Shown here: positions 48,812-54,323 of the stretch, in pieces
Position numbering within the stretch: the first letter of the stretch is position 1
How the letters are laid out: every line of letters starts with the position of its first letter
Notes under the pieces: generated by a model
The model's input: only the letters and a program-made list of their open reading frames with translations
The model's database searches: none
Told to the model about the DNA's origin: nothing
Origin: Bacteriovoracaceae bacterium
Lineage (GTDB): Bacteria; Bdellovibrionota; Bacteriovoracia; Bacteriovoracales; Bacteriovoracaceae
DNA length: 54,323 nucleotides
Assembly (NCBI GenBank): GCA_947461145.1
Contig: CANHJD010000001.1
Coordinates: 1 to 54,323 of the forward strand
Direction: 5' to 3'
Made by a program: the position numbers and the translations under genes

Positions 48812-49728
48812 AGATGGTGAGTAGAGTTAAAAAACATTCACTGAAATTTCTCTCCATCTTTTTGGCCATATTCCTTTGGATCTATGTCTTGAATTCTGAA
48901 AAAGTTCGATTTGAGAAGACAGTTTCACTTGATTATATTTTGCCTGAAGATATGGTCTTTGCGGTTAAACCTCCGACTGATGCTATTTTTAGTATTGAGG
49001 GACCTAGGGCATTCGCAAGAACAGTATCTGAGCGAGAAGATCGAATGATCTTAGATTTGAATCGGGCAAATCCTTCTCGTAAATTATCTTTCCAAGTAGA
49101 CATAAACCCTGCACAAATTAGTCTTCCTTTTGGGATGAGGGTTGAGAGTGTTCTTCCTCGACGTCTAGATATAAAGCTTGAAATGAAATCTTCAAAAATT
49201 GTACCTATAAAAGCACAACTCTTTGGTGAGTTACCTGATAAGCTCTCTATGGAAAAGTTAGAGGTCATTCCCTCAGAGGTTGAAGTAAATGGTCCACGTT
49301 CAATTGTTTCAAATATCAAGTTTTTAACAACTAAGCCTATCGATATTCATGATCTTGTTGGACAGGAAACTCTCTCCGCAGATGTAAATATTATCGATGA
49401 GCGGTTAAATCTAACGGGAGGATCTAAAGTCGTTTTAAACTACAAGCTAAAGGCGGCCAGTTCCAATCTCATTCTCAAGGATCTTCCAATAAAATTTCTT
49501 GCTGAAAATAAAACCGTGGAAACTAAAACCAAGTTTGCCAATCTTAAGCTTCTGGTTCCAGAAAAAATAATTAAAAACCGATCAAATATATCTTCCTCTG
49601 TGCAGGTTTGGGCAGATATTCCACAGAACTCCAAGGGACGGCTTGAAGTTCCCCTTCGTGTTATTCATCCTCCTAGCATGATGCTTTTGGAAATCTCCCC
49701 TAAGAGCATTATTGTTAATATCCAATAA
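48808..49728 (+). CDS. cdaR: CdaR (YbbR-like) regulator
   Basis: K.LS..LA..LW.YV anchor, repeated V.GP motifs; lies between cdaA and glmM. Confidence 0.88.
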   Translation: MKMVSRVKKHSLKFLSIFLAIFLWIYVLNSEKVRFEKTVSLDYILPEDMVFAVKPPTDAIFSIEGPRAFARTVSEREDRMILDLNRANPSRKLSFQVDINPAQISLPFGMRVESVLPRRLDIKLEMKSSKIVPIKAQLFGELPDKLSMEKLEVIPSEVEVNGPRSIVSNIKFLTTKPIDIHDLVGQETLSADVNIIDERLNLTGGSKVVLNYKLKAASSNLILKDLPIKFLAENKTVETKTKFANLKLLVPEKIIKNRSNISSSVQVWADIPQNSKGRLEVPLRVIHPPSMMLLEISPKSIIVNIQ

Positions 49729-49773
49729 AATGATATAGTTTTGATATAGTTTCCATCCATAAAGTGGGTCATA

Positions 49774-51132
49774 ATGTCAGGTCGTAAATTATTTGGTACC
49801 GATGGTGTAAGGGGTAAGGCAAATACTTATCCTATGACAGGAGAAATTGCTTTCGTTCTAGGTCGTGCAGTTACAAGTTACTTTCAACAAAATTTCTCAA
49901 AAAAGCCTCTTATCATAATTGGTAAAGATACAAGGCTTTCCTGCTATATGCTTGAGCAGGCCTTCTCGGCCGGTGTGTGTTCTCAGGGGGGACGTGCCAT
50001 TTTAACTGGACCACTACCTACTCCTGGAGTCGCATTTGTGACTCAAAGTATGAGGGCGGATGCGGGGGTAATGATTTCAGCTTCTCATAATTCATTTGAA
50101 GATAATGGAATAAAAATCTTTGATCGTACTGGTCATAAGCTTCCGGATGAGATTGAGTTGGAGCTTGAAAAGATGGTTCTAAACCCATCACTGATACCTA
50201 TCAAGACCGGTGAGCTTCTTGGTAATGCTAAGCGACTGGATGAAGTTATTGGTCGGTATATAGTTCATACAAAGGCAGCCTTGTCTCCTCAGTACTCTCT
50301 GGAGGGTTTAAGAATTGTTGTCGATGGTGCAAATGGTGCCGGCTATAAGCTTGCTCCGCTTGTTTTTGAGGAGCTAGGGGCGGAGGTCATTCCTCTTGGA
50401 AATACACCAAATGGATTAAATATTAATAAAGCTTGTGGGGCCCTTCACCCACAACTATGCGCAGAAAATGTTAAAAAATATCGAGCTGATCTAGGCGTTT
50501 GTCTTGATGGTGACGGAGACCGTTTGACGATTGTTGATGGATCCGGTGAGGTCATACATGGTGACCGTTTAATTGGTTTATGCGGTAGGTTCCTAAAAGA
50601 TAACCAAGAAATTGGACCGACTAAAGAAGTTGTTGGAACGGTGATGAGTAATTTTGGTGTTGAGCACTATTTGCAAAAGTTAGGTCTTAATTTTGTTAGA
50701 ACCGCAGTGGGGGACCGCTACATTGTAGAGCACATGAGGCAAACCGGTGCGCTTTTTGGCGGCGAGCCTTCAGGGCATTTAGTTTTTAAACGGTACTCAA
50801 CTACCGGAGATGGAATATTGGCAGCTCTGAAAGTTATCGAGAGCATTAAATTTTATGATAAAGATTTATCCGAGCTAACAAATGAGATTGAACTATTTCC
50901 TCAGAAAATGGAAAACGTGTTTGTTCAAAAAAGAACTCCATTTGAAGACGTTCCAGAAATTCAGAAAGCTGTTGAAGCCGCTCAATTGAAGCTTAAAGAT
51001 GAGGGAAGAATTCTCCTTAGGTATTCTGGAACAGAGGCTCTTGCGAGGGTCATGGTTGAAGGTAGAGATCAGCAACTTGTGACGACAATTTGCTCTGAAC
51101 TGGCCCAAGTTGTAACTAAGGCCTTGGGTTAA
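49774..51132 (+). CDS. glmM: Phosphoglucosamine mutase
   Basis: FGTDGVRG, ISASHN, DGDGDR, GGEPSGH, RYSGTE. Confidence 0.97.
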   Translation: MSGRKLFGTDGVRGKANTYPMTGEIAFVLGRAVTSYFQQNFSKKPLIIIGKDTRLSCYMLEQAFSAGVCSQGGRAILTGPLPTPGVAFVTQSMRADAGVMISASHNSFEDNGIKIFDRTGHKLPDEIELELEKMVLNPSLIPIKTGELLGNAKRLDEVIGRYIVHTKAALSPQYSLEGLRIVVDGANGAGYKLAPLVFEELGAEVIPLGNTPNGLNINKACGALHPQLCAENVKKYRADLGVCLDGDGDRLTIVDGSGEVIHGDRLIGLCGRFLKDNQEIGPTKEVVGTVMSNFGVEHYLQKLGLNFVRTAVGDRYIVEHMRQTGALFGGEPSGHLVFKRYSTTGDGILAALKVIESIKFYDKDLSELTNEIELFPQKMENVFVQKRTPFEDVPEIQKAVEAAQLKLKDEGRILLRYSGTEALARVMVEGRDQQLVTTICSELAQVVTKALG

Positions 51133-51133
51133 A

Positions 51134-51895
51134 ATGAAATACGCTAGACTTGGAGTAAACATAGATCATGTTGCAACTCTGCGCCAGCAAAGAGGGGAGT
51201 TCTACCCAGAGATCAGAAGGGCCGCTGAAGTTGCTCTGGCCGCTGGTGCTCACCAGATCACTATTCACCTCAGAGAAGATCGTAGACATATTCAGGACTC
51301 CGACGTTCCGAAGACTCATGAGATTTGTAAGAAATTTGGTCTTCCGCTGAATTTAGAGATGGGTTGTTCAGATGAAATGATCGATATTGCTGCCTCTCAC
51401 AGTCCAGACTGGGTCTGTCTTGTTCCTGAAAAGAGACAAGAAAGAACAACTGAGGGTGGGCTTGATGTTCTTGATAAGAACAACTTTGAACGAATCAAAA
51501 AAGCTTGTGAAAATTTAAAAAAGAAGACACCGCTGACTAAGATCTCTCTTTTTGTTGAGGCGAGTGAAGATGTTTTAAAAAAATGCTTATTGCTCCAGGC
51601 CGATGCCGTAGAGATCCATACCGGCGAGTACGCGAAGGATTTTTTAGATGGTAAAGACATCTCCCAGCATTTAGTAGCTTACCGACGTGGCAGAGAGATA
51701 ATTAAAGCAGCTTCTTGGGGCTACCACGCAGGCCATGGTTTGACATTTGATTCATTAGAGCCACTGTTGGCTGAGAAGCAGTTTGAAGAATATAATATTG
51801 GCCACTGGATAATTGCTGAAGCCTTATTTATTGGGCTTGGTCATGTCGTCAAAGAAATGTGTACTCTTGTAAAAAAATACCCCATCGAGGAATGA
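51134..51895 (+). CDS. pdxJ: Pyridoxine 5'-phosphate synthase
   Basis: LGVNIDHVATLR, HLREDRRHI, TTEGGLD, HAGHGL, NIGH. Confidence 0.97.
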   Translation: MKYARLGVNIDHVATLRQQRGEFYPEIRRAAEVALAAGAHQITIHLREDRRHIQDSDVPKTHEICKKFGLPLNLEMGCSDEMIDIAASHSPDWVCLVPEKRQERTTEGGLDVLDKNNFERIKKACENLKKKTPLTKISLFVEASEDVLKKCLLLQADAVEIHTGEYAKDFLDGKDISQHLVAYRRGREIIKAASWGYHAGHGLTFDSLEPLLAEKQFEEYNIGHWIIAEALFIGLGHVVKEMCTLVKKYPIEE

Positions 51896-51896
51896 A

Positions 51897-53501
51897 ATGA
51901 GAATTGTCACTCAAGCAGAAATGAAGGAATTAGAAATTGAAGCTCAAAAACGCTTCTTCTTTCCAGAAAAGCTAATTATTGAGAACGTTGCATTAGGTGC
52001 TGCTAAAACGATCACTGAAAAACTTGGTGAAGATATTCACGCCGGAGAATTAATTTTTTTAATTGGTAAGGGAAATAATGGAGGCACTGGACTGGCAATT
52101 GCTCGTCACCTTGCGAGCATGGGACATGAATCTAGGGCGTTCTTGTTATTCGATAAGAATGACTCCTCTCAAGAGGTTAAAGAGCAATTAAAAATTACTG
52201 AAAGTTATGGCGTAAGAACGGCCTATATTGATGATGTCGCGAAATTAGAAGCCTATTTTCAGCAAAATTCATCTCCGAAAATTATGATAGATGCCATTTT
52301 TGGTACGGGTGTGAGGCTTCCTTTATCCCAATTTCTTTATGATGTGATTCATCTTATAAACCAGGAGAAAGCCTTTACCATTTCATTGGATATTCCTACT
52401 GGAGTTGAAGGCGACACTGGCTTTATTCAGGGCAATGCCATTCAGGCCGATCTCACGCTTGCGGTCTCTCTCCCAAAGCTTGGTTACTATCAAGCTGATG
52501 GAGCAAGGCTAGTAGGTGAGGTTGTCATTATCTCATCTGGCCTTCCAAAACCGTTAATGGATAAAGGTGGAGATAAGTTTTTAATAGATCAAAATATTAA
52601 AAATGAATTGCCCCAGCCGCGTAATAAATTTGGTGATAAGAGACTTTTTGGTCACACACTTGTAATTGGCGGATCCCATGGTTTAACTGGTGCCCTCGTT
52701 ATGGCTTCTACTGCTGCTATTAAAGTCGGGGCAGGACTAGTGACCGCTGCAACATGGGAGCCACAATATCAAGAATTCATATCTCGCCTTATTCCAGAAG
52801 TTATGACTGGCTATATTCCTCTTGAGCAAAATAAATGGGGAAGATTAATCAAGGATTTAGAAAAATATGATTCTATCGTCATTGGTCCTGGCCTTGCCCG
52901 ATCAAATCGCGCGAGAGTTTTGGTGCTTGAAATTCTCAATAATTTTTCAGGACCTGTAGTTTTAGATGCTGATGCAATAAATGTCCTTTCCCTGAAAGAG
53001 GATGCGGAGGTTTTTACTCTTAGGAATGCTCCCACTCTTATGACTCCCCATTTTGGCGAATTTAGTCGTTTTGCTGGTATTCCTTTGGAGGATGTGATCA
53101 AAGAACCTTTTCATTATTTGAGAGAAGTTATTGAGCGTATAAATTGCTCAGTCATTCTTAAGGGTCCATGTACTTATCTTGGTTTTACTAATGGTAAAAC
53201 ATATTTTAACTATGCTCCAAACGATGGCATGGCCACTGGTGGCGTTGGAGATGTCCTAGCTGGGATCTTAGGTGGGCTAATTGGGCAAGAAGCAAATTTA
53301 AAACGACGTGATTCCCTTTATAATATTTATGAGAACCTCAATCGAACAATTCTCATGGGTGTTTTGGTCCATACACTTGCAGGTAAAGCAGCCGCAGAAA
53401 AATGTGGAGTGCGTCCGATGACTGCTACAAGCCTTATTGAAGTCTTTCCTGAAGCTTTTAGGTCGATGGATGAGCTTCTCATTTCGGAGATTAGTGGATG
53501 A
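51897..53501 (+). CDS. nnr: Bifunctional NAD(P)H-hydrate epimerase/dehydratase
   Basis: GKGNNGG, DAIFGTG, DIPTG, GAGLV, IGPGL, DADA, TPH.GEF, GG.GDVLAG. Confidence 0.93.
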   Translation: MRIVTQAEMKELEIEAQKRFFFPEKLIIENVALGAAKTITEKLGEDIHAGELIFLIGKGNNGGTGLAIARHLASMGHESRAFLLFDKNDSSQEVKEQLKITESYGVRTAYIDDVAKLEAYFQQNSSPKIMIDAIFGTGVRLPLSQFLYDVIHLINQEKAFTISLDIPTGVEGDTGFIQGNAIQADLTLAVSLPKLGYYQADGARLVGEVVIISSGLPKPLMDKGGDKFLIDQNIKNELPQPRNKFGDKRLFGHTLVIGGSHGLTGALVMASTAAIKVGAGLVTAATWEPQYQEFISRLIPEVMTGYIPLEQNKWGRLIKDLEKYDSIVIGPGLARSNRARVLVLEILNNFSGPVVLDADAINVLSLKEDAEVFTLRNAPTLMTPHFGEFSRFAGIPLEDVIKEPFHYLREVIERINCSVILKGPCTYLGFTNGKTYFNYAPNDGMATGGVGDVLAGILGGLIGQEANLKRRDSLYNIYENLNRTILMGVLVHTLAGKAAAEKCGVRPMTATSLIEVFPEAFRSMDELLISEISG

Positions 53502-53956
53502 ATAAGAAGCTTGTTCGCGAATGGAAAAAAGTCTTTCGTAGTGATCTTCCCTATATTGTCTATGAGATGAAAGATCTTGCAAAAGTACCGGCCTTGATTA
53601 TTTTGGACGGACAATTAGGTGCCGGGAAAACGACCTTCACTCAATTTTTTATAGGTGAGGGGGAAACACTTAGTCCTACTTATTCCATTCTCACAGAAAC
53701 AAAATCTATTATTCATGCTGATTTCTATCGCCTGGAAAAAAATGAAGAAGTTCTTCAGCTTGAAATACCCCTATATTTAGAAGATAAGCAGTATTTTTTT
53801 GTTGAATGGGGAATGAAGTTTAGTAATCGCCTTCTCAGAGAGTTACCAGAGAATTGGACACCCTATGTTTTGGAGATAAAAATTAATCCCAACACCACTG
53901 AAGGTGAAGAAGGGCCTACAAGGAATTTTTCCCTCTATAGTCTTCATGATGACTAA
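53498..53956 (+). CDS. tsaE: tRNA threonylcarbamoyladenosine biosynthesis ATPase
   Basis: G.LGAGKTT, SPTY, H.D.YRL, VEW. Confidence 0.93.
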   Translation: MNKKLVREWKKVFRSDLPYIVYEMKDLAKVPALIILDGQLGAGKTTFTQFFIGEGETLSPTYSILTETKSIIHADFYRLEKNEEVLQLEIPLYLEDKQYFFVEWGMKFSNRLLRELPENWTPYVLEIKINPNTTEGEEGPTRNFSLYSLHDD

Positions 53957-54019
53957 GTAAGTTCGTCGGAAACTTTTGCCCCTACTGAAAATCTCAAATA
54001 TTCTTGCATTTGCATATTC

Positions 54020-54032
54020 TAAGTCATTGATT
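54020..54032 (-). promoter_or_regulatory. IHF-consensus site
   Basis: Minus strand AATCAA-TGAC-TTA matches WATCAANNNNTTR. Confidence 0.45.
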
Positions 54033-54098
54033 TATATGATTTTTTTGAGTGTTTTAGTTGGCCAATAAAAATAATAAATGAACTTCGATAATAAAAAG

Positions 54099-54128
54099 TT
54101 GACGTCAGAATTTAGAAAGAGTCATACT
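54099..54128 (+). promoter_or_regulatory. sigma70-type promoter for iscR
   Basis: TTGACG-N18-CATACT. Confidence 0.55.
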
Positions 54129-54258
54129 ATTTAGGAGATATTTTCAGTCTGATTTGCAGTGAGCGGCATTCAGGGTGAGATTATCTTTCGAGCGACAAGG
54201 ATGGTTTAGGAGCTCGATAAAATACTTACCAACTTTTTTGGATTTATGGAGGAAGACA

Positions 54259-54323
54259 ATGAGACTTACATCTAAAGGCCGTTACGCAGTCAGAGCTATG
54301 CTTGACCTTACTTTCCACTCAAA
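54259..54323 (+). CDS. iscR: Rrf2-family Fe-S regulator IscR (5' fragment, truncated by window)
   Basis: MRLTSKGRYAVRAMLDL... matches the IscR N-terminus; GGAGG RBS. Confidence 0.88.
   Translation, partial: MRLTSKGRYAVRAMLDLTFHS

Noticed and set aside
552-53614. Numerous 60-170 aa ORFs antisense to or nested in long genes
   Set aside because: Shadow ORFs of well-supported genes, without RBS or motifs
54221-54246. IscR type-1 operator (AATACTTACCAACTTTTTTGGATTT)
   Set aside because: Only loose resemblance to the consensus; cannot be supported without a PWM scan
1-54323. CRISPR array, tRNA/rRNA, transposase, integrase or prophage
   Set aside because: No regularly spaced repeats, cloverleafs or mobility-gene motifs seen by eye; a dedicated scan would be definitive

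Overview
AT-rich chromosomal window, most likely from a predatory Bdellovibrionota bacterium of the Bacteriovoracaceae/Peredibacter type. This is inferred from gene content, deltaproteobacterial-style gene order and the many lineage-specific secreted Cys-rich proteins. Housekeeping clusters: ffh-rpsP-khpA-rimM-trmD-(SPOUT)-rplS-rnhB-yraN-rsmI; accD-folC-lptD-trpG-like-trpF-like-surE-nlpD; serA, murQ-like, tatA, queF; cdaA-cdaR-glmM-pdxJ-nnr-tsaE; and the start of iscR. Large secreted or lipoprotein genes are interspersed, several behind sigma28 (FliA)-type promoters. No CRISPR array, rRNA, tRNA or mobile element was seen. Most interesting: (1) an unannotated ~75-nt RNA with GGA-loop hairpins, a promoter and a terminator, resembling a CsrA/RsmA-sequestering sRNA, plus a CsrA-like site in the iscR leader; (2) a ferrochelatase-MFS transporter fusion; (3) a FliA-driven PilZ-GAF-pseudo-AAA+ regulator upstream of the c-di-AMP synthase operon, with a terminator-like hairpin over the cdaA RBS; (4) a 1752-aa Cys-rich lipoprotein; (5) further candidate sRNAs, RNA leaders and micro-proteins.
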